From contig NC_043016.1 in the NCBI RefSeq assembly GCF_006345805.1, forward strand, positions 21,762,001 to 21,826,000: 64,000 nt of DNA, written 5' to 3'. This stretch comes from Octopus sinensis (Eukaryota). This document shows, piece by piece, positions 23,469-35,482 of the stretch. The notes below the pieces were generated by a model. That model saw only the letters and a program-made list of their open reading frames with translations. It was not told the origin of the DNA and did not search any database. The translations under genes and the position numbers were made by a program. The first letter of the stretch is position 1; the number at the start of each line of letters is the position of its first letter.

Positions 23469-25020
23469 ACCTATTATGTGGGTAAATTCATATTAATAAA
23501 CAGAAAGAAGAAAATGCTTTGAGAACTTTATTATGGATAAATAAAAATGAAAGTATATGCATTTCTACCAGTTTCAATTGCTCCAAAAGATGATTTGGCC
23601 ATGCAGAAATAAAAGGGAAAAGAAAGTGAAATAAAATAAATGAATATTTCATGATATCAGTTCTTTATTTTCACATTACTTTCTTACAAAAGTCACATCT
23701 GTAATTTCATTTCCTTCTGAATGTTGCTGAGTTGTAGTAGTTTATATCATTGTATTAGTTTATATGAATCGTTTATATCATTGATTTACTGTTCTTAAAT
23801 GAAAAATATTAACTTTATTTCTTTTTATAATCTAAAATATCATGTTTTAATATTCATTTATTCTATGTATAGATTATTTTCCAATTTAGTTTCAAATATG
23901 ATCTTCACTGTGAGACAGACATAAATAATTAACACTTCCAGTGTATTTGTTTATAGCTAAAAGATGTAAGTGTATTCAGTAAACAAAATATTCAATGACA
24001 AAATTAAAGTAATTTGTAATTAATTTGGTATCCAATATTGCCAATCTTTCTAAAGGATTGCCAATATTTTATTGTCATATTTGTAGTATTTTATCCCGAA
24101 GCATTGGTTAAAATTTTGGCAGCTCACCACTGAGTACAGGTATTTGTATATTGCAAAACTATTGCTTATAGATAGTGTAGGAAACTTTGGCTTGAATCTT
24201 CACTGAATGTAAGAGATGTTATAGATATTAAATTCATATAATAATGAGAGATCCTTATCTTGGTTGTGAACAAAAAAATTTCAATATTCTTGGGGATGAA
24301 TGTGTATATTTAAAGGTAAAATAAGAAAGCAAAACGCCTTTGAAAATTCACTTCATTCATTTCTAATGATAATACCTATGCAAACACATTTCTATTATTA
24401 TTATAGACTTGGCAATAAACATTATGAAGTTGGATTTTATGTTTTAAATGAATTATGTACTTGATTAGGATATAATAAATGACAGAAAATTACATTTCTG
24501 GATGTTCTAGATTTCATGATTAAAGAGTAAACATATACATTATTTAATAGTTATAAACTTTCAGTAATAGATCTAGTTAATAAAAATCATCATCATCATC
24601 TTTCTTCCATGCTTGCATGTTTTGAACAGGATTCAACAAATCAGGGGACTACATCAAGTTCCATAGTTAGCTTTGACATAGTTTCTGTGGCTGGATGCTC
24701 TTCCTAAAGCCACCAACTTCACAGAGTACCCCAGGTTTTTTTTTCTGTAACACCAGCCTTATGAGATCATCAAGTAACCTGCAAGACACAGAAAAAATTC
24801 CCTCGATTGAGTGGGGTTGTAATAATAAAGAAGGCAGAACTTGTGGGATTGTATTTATTAGATAATATTAAAGAGTATTTCCATTCTATTCAAGGTTGTC
24901 AATGTAGGGATGACTCTTTTTTTTACTTTATAGATATAGTAATGTAGAAATTGAATGTGACAAAAAAATTAAGAAAATACTTCAACTATTGTGGGTTTGA
25001 ATCATAAAACAGCTGATTTT

Positions 25021-25051
<31 letters not shown>

Positions 25052-25455
25052 ATTTGGCTCAAAAGCAAATAGCAAGGCCATGTAGGGGGACATGGAGTTA
25101 AGTACAGGGTGGTGTTCATGTAAAGAGTTCAGGCCACTTGAGGTCAAGGGAGGCTTTGAACAAAGCGGTCGTCGGCATCTTCACCATCTCGTCTGGCAGC
25201 TTGTTCCACGGATCCGCAACCCGGACGGAGAAAGCTCCTCTCCTTCGATTAAGATGAAATCATCGCAGGTAGAGCTTTTCGGAATGACCCCGCAGCCGAC
25301 GCTCTGGAGCAGGAATGAAGAACAGCTCTTTTGAGAGGTTACACTTTCCACTTATGATGTTGTGGGCGAGAATGAGATCACCACGGCGGCGGCGTTTTTC
25401 AAGAGAATAAAGGTCGAGCGTCCTCAGCCTTTCTTCGTAGGACAAATTTAGATGT
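25021..25455 (-). mobile_element. 5'-truncated CR1-clade LINE 3' end with (AACT)n tail
   Basis: LSYEERLRTLDLYSLEKRRRRGDLILAHNII...LRGHSEKL...FSVRVADPWNKLP; (TAGT)n at 25021-25052. Confidence 0.9.
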
Positions 25456-25479
25456 CTCTTTTTATTTAAACTCTGGTTC

Positions 25480-26134
25480 ATATAAACCTTGTCACAAAAT
25501 TAATGAAAATCTTCAATACATACACACAAAAAAAATCAAATCTACATAAAATTATAAATGGCATTTCACATTGTATTTCTAAAATTTCAGATAATAAAGA
25601 TATTTTTTCCTATCATACTAACTACTGTAATTCAGTTATTTCTAGAGTTCGATATAAAGATAAAATAGAAATGATACAAATGATAAACAACAATTAGGTA
25701 CTACAAATAATAAAACAATAAATTAAAAAAATGATTCCATTAACACAGAATATTGTAAAATTTATTAATCAAAAAATACACAAAATAATGATTAAGTTGA
25801 TAACTCACATAATAATAACCACAGCAATAAATTTAATAACAATAAATATGATTCTAATAATAATAATCATTACTATAATAACCCTACTAATAAATAAATA
25901 ATTAATAAAAATAATAAATGTTACAGATCTAGTGAATCAATTAACAGAAAAATTATATGGTACAATGTTTTGTTTAGTAGTCATATATCCACTAAAATAC
26001 CTTTTCTATTCTTTCTACTATTAGAAAAACACCACACTGCTTAGTGTAGGTGATAATATATCTTCTTTAAATTATGAAAAAAATAACATCCTGGTAATAA
26101 TAATAGTTGTAAGAATATCAATACAACAACAACA

Positions 26135-26177
<43 letters not shown>

Positions 26178-26390
26178 TATGGATGCCACATCTATGAATT
26201 AAAGTATTATAACCACATTTCTTCTTTCAAATATTAAAGTAACTCTAACAATACATCCTTCACAATTCTCATTTGGGAGTTAAAAGATAACAATATAAAA
26301 TACACACTGTCTTGATCAGTAATTTGTGTTCGTCATACAGTACAGAACAGTAGAAACTGTATTAACAAGCACAAGGAATCAATTATCCAA
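25480..26390 (+). mobile_element. Highly decayed Penelope-like fragment
   Basis: KDIFSYHTNYCNSVISRVRYKDKIE and TSFTILIWELKDNNIKYTL resemble the PLE thumb and GIY-YIG C-terminal motifs seen in better copies in this window. Confidence 0.45.
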
Positions 26391-26470
26391 TGCTTATGAG
26401 GGCATGCTGAAAAGTTCCTGGCTTTGGGTAAAATAAAATACAGGAGGATCAGTTATAAGGTTATTAAGAA

Positions 26471-27266
26471 CTAGCAGCATAGCCCGGGTATGTAAGAGCC
26501 CCTAGTAGGCAACGACTAATCCCAATCTAGTCCTTTCCCTCTAGGGAACGAAGGCGCATGTGTAGGTTGCAATGTCTTCTCTTCACTCCCAAATAACTAT
26601 CAAACAGCTATCGATAATTCAACCCAATCAATTCCTATCAGGAAGAAATTACATTCGAGACTTTACCCCCAACACCGCCACTTCTGCTAATAGCTGCTGC
26701 AGTCGCAAGTTATTCAAATACTTTTTTTGTTTACACTTTCTTTATAACTACCACCCCAAACGTCTTACCTTAAATTTTTGACGTACCCTAAGGGTCCTCG
26801 GACGCTACTTGCAAACTCTTGGTTTATTATAAACCGCTTTTGTCGTGTGCATCAAAAAACCTTTTCCATTCGTTTGTTCAGTTTTGTCACTTTTGACTTT
26901 TTCGTTGTTGTCACTCACATTGCTGCCCGCTTTTTTGCCGTTTTTGTACATTTTTATACATTTTGGGATACTTACCCCACGTGTTCCGAGAGTTAAAAAG
27001 GTCGAGTTGCGCCCCCTAGACAGTCTGTAGAAAATGTGTTGCATATAAAAAGCTTAGATTCTCGACCCATGTCTTATTTATCGATTTTTTTCAGAACTGG
27101 GGGAACTTTTCAAAATTTTCGCTGCGTTAGTTTTGAATTATGACATTGGGCTATGTGTGTGTCAAGTTTCATCAGAATCGGTTGAAAGCCGTGGTCAGGG
27201 TGAGGGTACAACCTGACAGACACACAGACACACAGACAGACAAACTGCCGTTTATATATAGAGAGA
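26471..27266 (-). mobile_element. Non-autonomous Helitron-like element
   Basis: Minus-strand 5' TCTCTCTATATATAAACGGCAG plus (CTGT)n-like tract; 3' CCCGGG...CTAG; A^T insertion; subterminal hairpin only partly preserved. Confidence 0.7.
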
Positions 27267-27269
27267 TGA

Positions 27270-28030
27270 AATGTCTGAGTTTGAGCTGAAAGTTTATTTT
27301 ACTTTATCTCAACAAAAAGCTATGCAGTTAATCAAAGTATGCACCTAAATTATCAACACAATTTTGCCATTTTATTGGTAGCTTATTTATGCTGGCAGTG
27401 AAGAATTCTGGAGAGTAAGAGGTGATGAAATCACAAAAGGCTGTTTTTGCATCTTCTTCAGATTTGAAGTTTTTTCTTGCAAAAAGTTGTCTAATGCCTA
27501 GAAAATGTGATAGTCAGTTCGTGCAAGGTCTGGTGAATATAGTGGATGACAGAGAACTTCCAAGTTCAGTTCCTGTAACTTGAGTAGTGTTCTTTGTGCA
27601 ACATGTGGTCAAGCACTGTCTTGCAAGAGAATTGGCCTGTCTATATTGACCAATCTCAGTTGTTTAAATGCAAGATCATTCATCATTTCATCCAGTTGGC
27701 TGATGAATACATCTACTGTAATTGACTTACCAGGTCTCAGGAAGCTGTAGAGGATGACACCAGTGCTGGACCACCAAACAGACACCAATATCTTTGTTTG
27801 GTGAATATTCTTTTTTAGATTGTGTTTTAGCACTTCATCTCTATCCAACCACCATACAGAACACTTGCTATTGTTGCAAAGAATCCATTTTTCATCACAT
27901 AACAATACAATGTAAAAAAGGGTTTACTTTTATGTTGTGACAGCAAAGAACAGCAAGTTTCAAGACAATGTGTCATTTGATGCTTGTTCAGTTTGTGTGG
28001 TACCCACTTGTCCAGTTTGCTCCGATGGAT
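27270..28030 (-). mobile_element. Mariner (Hsmar1/SETMAR-like) transposase fragment
   Basis: CDEKWIL.NNSKCSVWWLDRDE...IHQTKILVSVWWSSTGVILYSFLRPGKSIT...LVNIDRPILLQDSA. Confidence 0.85.
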
Positions 28031-28930
28031 ATGTAATGTCAGTGTGCATACTCGACAGAATGTTAGTACCTTGAGAGAAAAGTTGGACTTAAGAAGCATC
28101 TGATGTGGTGTGCAAGAGAGACAACTACACTGGTATGGCCATGTGGCGAGAACAGATATGGATAGCTGTGTGAAAATGTGCCACACCCTAGTGATTGAGG
28201 GAACCTGTAGCAGAGGTAGACCCAGGAAGACCTGGGATGAGGTGGTGAAGCATGACCTTTGAACATTGGGCCTTACTGAGGCAATGACTAGTGACCAAGA
28301 CCTTTGGAAATATGCTGTGCTTGAGAAGACTCGGCAAGCTCAAGTGAGATCATAACCTTGTGGCCTATGCCAGGGGTGTTACCAGCCCACTTATGCATAC
28401 CTTTCCTTCATTGGACACTAAACTCTGCTTGCAAAGACCTGTTGAGGCAAATGAAATCGAAATCGAAATCAAATTTGATGACAGGCATCAGTGGTAGTGG
28501 AGAGCTAAGAGTACCATACGTGCGTGATCATTGCCAGAGCAACAAGCTGGTCTCCGTGCTGGTGGCACGTAAAAAGTACCATTCGAGCATGATTGTTACC
28601 TGTGTTGCCTTACTGGCACTTTTGCTGGTGGCATGTGAAAAAACATTCAAGCGAGGTCGTTGCCAGTGCCGTTGGACTGGCTCCTGTGCAGGTGGCACAT
28701 AAAAAGCACCATTTGAGTGTGGCCGTTACCAGTACTGCCTGACTGGCCCTCATGCCGGTGGCATGTAAAAGCACCCACTACACTCTCACAGTGGTTGGCA
28801 ATAGGAAGGGCATCCAGCTGTAGAAACTCTGCCAGATTAGATTGGAGCCTGGTTAGCCAGTCCTCAGTCAAATCGTCCAACCCATGCTAGCATGGAAAGC
28901 GGACGTTAAATGAAGATGATGATGATGATG
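28028..28930 (+). mobile_element. 5'-truncated RTE LINE with 3' UTR and (GAT)n tail
   Basis: Homologous to 2636-3574 (VQERQLHWYGHV..., GRPRKTWDEVVKHDL); truncates the adjacent mariner. Confidence 0.85.
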
Positions 28931-29606
28931 TTTTCACTTTTTGTTGTCAAAATAGTTATATGCAACTATATGTATGAACTTATGTATGTATGTGTGATTG
29001 TGTATATGTATATGCATGTATGCATAAAGGTATGTGTGTATATGTATGTATGCATGTGCATGTGTGTGTGTGCATGTGTATGTGTGTATGCATATATATA
29101 TATATACATGTGTGTGTGTGTAGATATATATACATATATAATGTACTGTTTTGTGATAGAAAATTGAACAAAAAAGAACTTCATATGATGGGAGATAAAT
29201 ATTATTTATTTAAAGGGCATAATACATGTTTTTAAGTGCTACTAACAGTTTCATATGCTGAGAAATACTCACACATATTCTATAGTAACAGTATTAATAT
29301 TATTAATCCAACCACCACTATGAAGTCCCGGCAGTAAGTCTAAGGATAACAACAGGTAATTGAAACTGTGCTGTTGCTTTACTCATCATCCATTTATATA
29401 TTTTGTACAATTTCTCCATTATATATATATCTTATAAGCAAGGGCTAAAGAAGATTATTCTAAAGCCAATATACTGATATTCCACATTTAATCTGCTTGC
29501 TACAGAAAATTGAACTGAAATTCGGGCAACTAACCATTGGAATGTTTAAATTTCGTTATCTCAACATTGAATCGATTTCGGAATTAACCACACACACACA
29601 CACATA

Positions 29607-29648
<42 letters not shown>

Positions 29649-29689
29649 TATATATATTATATATATATATATATATACACATATAAGTA

Positions 29690-31275
29690 ATAAAGTTAAC
29701 GTCTGGTCATAGAGTGACCAATGGTTTCACATCCATGAAGGCTGTATCCTTGTGGATGACTCATCAGGCTCTGGTCCGAAGATAAATTTAACTTTTCACC
29801 TCTGGGAGGCAAAAATTTGTTATGGTCATTGGTCATCAAAGAATAAATAGTCGTGTCAGTGAAGATGCGTTATCTCCCCTAGACAAGCTATTTGTGGGCT
29901 GGAAGAAGGGAACAAAGGATTTATCCCACGGGCTGCTTTTTCTTTGTTTAATCAACAAATGGGGAATCACATGTTTCCAGCAAGTAGCACTGAAAATGTA
30001 TACATGGTGTGAAAACTTTTTGGTGAATATTCAGTGACTCAGGTTTAGCTCACTTGGCTATGCAAAGCTTGCACCATACATTCCCATTGATGTAAGGTCT
30101 CGACTTGACATCATATGGGGTCCCTTCATTTTTGGGGTGCCACCCATAGCTGGCCAGGGATGTGACATATTGTCTTTCCAGGACTCTGAAGGAAGACCTG
30201 TCATTGTTCAAGCATAGCTTGAATGCCATCCCAGTTGACCTAATATATTTCCAGGCTTGGGTGTTGGTTGTGTTCACATTACTGGTGTATCTTTGGTTAA
30301 CTCCAGGCCTGAGGATGTTGTTGTTGTCACTGGTGCTGTTGGGGCTGCTGTCAGTGCTGTTATCATCATGATGGGTCTTGTGATGCTGCTATGGCTGCTG
30401 TTGCTGTGGTTGTTGTCATTGTGATGGTTGTCCCTGGTTGTAGGGTTGGTGCTATTATCATTGGTGATGATGTGGGTGCCATCATTGGTAATGTTGGGTG
30501 TGAGGTCAGTAGCCTTGCTGGTGCTGCTGTTGCCGTTGCTGTTGAGCGAACGGTCTTTGTCCCAAAGCTTGCAAGATGGGAGAAGTTCGAAACATGGTCC
30601 TTTGCTATTCGTAAGACCTGCAGAAAAGAAAGCAGGTCAAACCTCGACACCGAGAGCATCGACGAATGGATGAATATGCATCCAGGCTCAGCGGTTGCAT
30701 AGGAAGTCAGGGACAAGAAACAGGAAGAAAGAGTAAGAGAAAGTTGGGGCGAAAGAGTACAACAGGGGTTTCCCCCCCCTGCTGGAGGCTTCTGGAGCTT
30801 TAGGTGTTTTTGCTCAATAAACACACATAACGCCCGGTCTGGAAATCGAAACCACGATCCTCCGATCGCGAGTCCACTGCCCTAACCACTGAGCCATTGC
30901 GCCTCCACTTGCTGGTGCTGCTGCTGTTGGTATGGTCATCTTCTCTGGCTGTAGACCTGGTACTGGGGTCATTGGCGACAGTGCTGGTGTTTCTGCCACT
31001 GTCACTGCCTCCGATGCTGTCAATATTGTTGGATGATCTGTTGCTGTTCCATCAGCCTTGCATTGGCCTTCCACTGGACAGTCATTATACACCCTGCAAG
31101 AGCAAACTGCCTCTTCTCATATTTTATGGGTGTTTGCTAATATACTCTTCATGTTGGATGCACAACTAAAAGAGACCCTTAGTTTGTACCTGTTGAATAA
31201 ACGTCTGTATCTGTGTGTCTACGTGAAATGTTTGCCTATTAACCTGAAGAGTATCCTTCCCACACAAGACTTGAT
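29690..31275 (-). mobile_element. Penelope-like 3' fragment (thumb, Cys linker, GIY-YIG, HHR-like end) interrupted by a low-complexity insert and a SINE
   Basis: RLFNRYKLRVSFSCASNMKSIL...CSCRVYNDCPVEGQCKADG; KYIRSTGMAFK...YVTSLASYGW...CKLC; decayed HHR CTGATGA-GTCATCC...GGATGT-GAAAC-CATTG-GTC at 29711-29772. Confidence 0.75.
30530..30908 (-). mobile_element. tRNA-derived SINE, family 3, with ~15-bp TSD
   Basis: Head GGAGGCGCAATGGCTCAGTGGTTAGGGCAGTGGACTCGCGATCGGAGGATCGTGGTTTCGATTTCC; TTGCTGGTGCTGCTG at 30515 and 30909. Confidence 0.8.
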
Positions 31276-31343
31276 GTTGAGTGAGAGTATATATACACAC
31301 ACACATATATATATATTATATATATATATATATTATATATATA

Positions 31344-31517
31344 TACTGGAGTAAACATATAAATGTGAAACAAGGTGGAAAAAAAGAGTACTCAAATACC
31401 AGTGGTAGAGTAATACGCTTTATTTAAAGCAGCAGAAAATTCAACAAAACCTGTTACACTGGTATTTGAGTACTCTTTTTTTCCACCTTGTTTCACATTT
31501 ATGTGTTTACTCCGGTA
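31344..31517. repeat. Fold-back repeat (~60-bp arms), same family as 5715-5885
   Basis: TACTGGAGTAAAC...AAATACCAGTG / CACTGGTATTTG...GTTTACTCCGGTA. Confidence 0.85.
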
Positions 31518-31527
31518 TATATATATA

Positions 31528-31935
31528 TATAATATTAATTCAAGACAAAACCACTATTTTGCAAAACAAACAAGGAAAGACTTAATCAATACATAAAAAT
31601 TTTAATATAAAGTAAATAAACCGCCACTACAATTGTTTCATGTCTTCAAATGACATTCGTCAGGTGGATTTCCGATCTTCTAATCAGTTTTAATTTATGG
31701 ATTAGAAGATCGGAAATCCACCTGACTGTCATTTGAAGACATGAAACAATTGTAGTGGCGGTTTATTTACTTTATATTAAAAATTTTTATGTATTGATTA
31801 AGTCTTTCCTTGTTTGTTTTGCGAAATAGTGGTTTTGTCTCAAATTAATATTATATAATATTTTACTATAAAATTGGATTTAATCCTAAATCTGATTTTT
31901 TCCCTGTAAATTTGGATTTATTCCCTAATATTTAT
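31528..31935. mobile_element. PLE-type terminus with ~155-bp inverted arms (31528-31685 / 31700-31855)
   Basis: Near-perfect palindrome. The extension TTTTCCCTGTAAATTTGGATTTATTCCC matches the end at 6085-6130 (reverse complement). Confidence 0.8.
31624..31667 (-). ncRNA. Canonical minimal type-I hammerhead ribozyme
   Basis: CCAC-CTGACGA-ATGTC-ATTTGAA-GACAT-GAAAC-AATT-GTA-GTGG: stem I 4 bp, stem II 5 bp (A-U closing pair), palindromic stem III, GUA triplet. The plus-arm copy (31718-31758) has a 3-nt core deletion. Confidence 0.8.
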
Positions 31936-31954
<19 letters not shown>

Positions 31955-31974
<20 letters not shown>

Positions 31975-33805
31975 CACACACACACACATGGTCAACAGAT
32001 GACAACCAGAGATTCTCTCGGTATAGAAAACTTAGTAGCGCTCAAATGATTTGAAGAAAGTCTCCAAAGTCTTTTAGACAAATCAAGGTGAGTAGATATG
32101 ATGGCAATTATGCTGATAAACAAATATAAAATTTTTTTTTTGAGTCTCAATTTATCTAATGTTTATTTGCTTTCATTATGGCCTGCATATTATGGTGAGC
32201 TACATCTACCAATATTATAATGGATCTCTGCGCCCCCAGAAACAGCTGTTGGACTTATAACCTCTTCCCTTTTAATTTTCTCTGTCGTTTGTACTCTAGT
32301 TTGATCCAACAATATAGATATATTGTTAAACTTGAACATTCATCGTCTGAATGTTTTCAGTCTTTCCTTCTGTTTGCATGTATACATATATTGTATATCA
32401 AATTCATGCTGTTATATTTAATTTGTTTATACTCGTAACTGCCTCTCTCTCTCTTTACCCGCCCACACACCGTATTTACTAATGTATAAGTCTTACTGTT
32501 GTATATTTGATTTTAACTGAAAAAACTGAGATGAGATTTATATACGAGTAAATCCGTATAGAAATTGATGCTGTGTACGCGTGTGCATTTATACATAAGC
32601 GACTCGCGTATATATGTCTATCTATCTATCTATCTATCTATCTAAATAAATAAAGTTAGATAAGTCCGGTTTATGGGATTACCCTAAGTTTCACGTCCAT
32701 AAAACACTTTCCTAGAGAGGCCATAAGCCAACAGGTTGGGATCTAAGCGCTTTATGGACGTGAAACCAAAGGTAATCCCATAAACTTGTCTTATCTAACT
32801 TTATTTATATAATATACTGCTCTATAACTTAGAGTGTGCTTCTTTTTCGGATTTATATTTTACCGATGATATATATATTATATATATATATATGCACACA
32901 CACACACACACACATGGTCAACAGATGACAACCAGAGATTCTCTCGGTATAGAAAACTTAGTAGCGCTCAAATGATTTGAAGAAAGTCTCCAAAGTCTTT
33001 TAGACAAATCAAGGTGAGTAGATATGATGGCAATTATGCTGATAAACAAATATAAAATTTTTTTTTTGAGTCTCAATTATCTAATGTTTATTTGCTTTCA
33101 TTATGGCCTGCATATTATGGTGAGCTACATCTACCAATATTATAATGGATCTCTGCGCCCCCAGAAACAGCTGTTGGACTTATAACCTCTTCCCTTTTAT
33201 TTTCTCTGTCGTTTGTACTCTAGTTTGATCCAACAATATAGATATATGTTAAACTTGAACATTCATCGTCTGAATGTTTTCAGTCTTTCCTTCTGTTTGC
33301 ATGTATACATATATTTGTATATCAAATTCATGCTGTTATATTTAATTTGTTATACTCGTAACTGCCTCTCTCTCTCTTTACCCGCCCACACACCGTATTT
33401 ACTAATGTATAAGTCTTACTGTTGTATATTTGATTTTAACTGAAAAAACTGAGATGAGATTTATATACGAGTAAATCCGGTATAGAAATTGATGCTGTGT
33501 ACGCGTGTGCATTTATACATAAGCGACTCGCGTATATATGTCTATCTATCTATCTATCTATCTATCTAAATAAATAAAGTTAGATAAGTCCGGTTTATGG
33601 GATTACCCTAAGTTTCACGTCCATAAAACACTTTCCTAGAGAGGCCATAAGCCAACAGGTTTGGGATCTAAGCGCTTTATGGACGTGAAACCAAAGGTAA
33701 TCCCATAAACTTGTCTTATCTAACTTTATTTATATAATATACTGCTCTATAACTTAGAGTGTGCTTCTTTTTCGGATTTATATTTTACCGATGATATATA
33801 TATAT
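31955..33805 (+). repeat. Direct tandem duplication, ~925-bp unit x2
   Basis: ATGGTCAACAGATG at 31988 and 32914; TACCGATGAT at 32861 and 33786. Differences are mostly 1-nt indels. Each unit has a ~60-bp-arm palindrome (32645-32808). Confidence 0.9.
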
Positions 33806-34589
33806 ATATATATATAAATGGGTTCGAGAAATATTTGCCATGCATATTAAAAAAAACAAAACAAAAACAAGCTGCAACACTCTTCTAAGAACTTGTAGCT
33901 TTGGACTAAAACCTTCACAACTGATAGCTTCATAACTTCTGATTTCACAAAGTAACCTCAGACTTTACATAGCTTTGAACGTTCCATTGCTGATCACTTT
34001 CTGATCCATAAGTACCGATCACATATCAGAGACGTAGCAGCTGCTACGCACAACAGTTTGATTAGCAAACATTCAATCACTAACTATTAACACAAACCCA
34101 ACGACGTGTTGTATCATTTCTCCAAATCTCTTTCCTTACACAACTATCATAGTTTCTTTAAACTTGCTAGCCATGTACTGCAAATGTTCAAGCCTACTTG
34201 ATGCGTCAGTCATTCCTCTACTAAATATTTCGTTCATTAATTCACTTGGACTCTAGCTCATTGAGCACCTCTTTTTTGCATGTTTTCTCTGCAATTATCA
34301 ACAATTAGCAATATGCAAATATTTTAGCTAAACATTAACCGTATAGATTATACCAGTCTGAGAATATGCGAAACAACGGGCACATTTCCTCTTTGTACTA
34401 AATAATGTGTGTGTGTGTGAAATGATGTAATATATTAAGCATTATGCATGTTATATTCGTTGATCTTACATAGTTGGAAAAGAAAAAGCTACGCCGTTAT
34501 TTGATATGAGCATCTGTAGATGAATTTATGGGTGTGTTTAGTGCGAGTGTGTGTATATACATATGCACAAATAGTTATATACATATATA

Positions 34590-35360
<771 letters not shown>

Positions 35361-35403
35361 ACCCCTCGTAATACTCACACACACACACACACACACACAC
35401 CAC

Positions 35404-35482
<79 letters not shown>

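Noticed and set aside
24087-24139. Possible 53-nt exon (TTGTAG|...TACAG|GTATTT; YFIPKHWLKFWQLTTEY)
   Set aside because: Single short open frame with plausible splice sites but no recognisable homology or partner exons; expected by chance.
30541-30605. CTGTTGA...GTTC-GAAAC-ATG-GTC as a hammerhead
   Set aside because: The core is mutated, stem I does not pair, and the 5' half lies at the SINE tail/TSD junction.
30840-30905. tRNA gene
   Set aside because: The tRNA-like head is followed by a SINE body and a TSD, and the acceptor stem does not pair; it is a SINE. The same applies to the heads at 13295-13367, ~18060-18120 and ~23400-23465.
32000-32095. Putative exon ending in AG|GTGAGT in the duplicated unit
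   Set aside because: All three frames contain stops and there is no supporting gene context.
33830-34520. Possible decayed DNA transposon coding region
   Set aside because: I could not identify catalytic motifs or TIRs.
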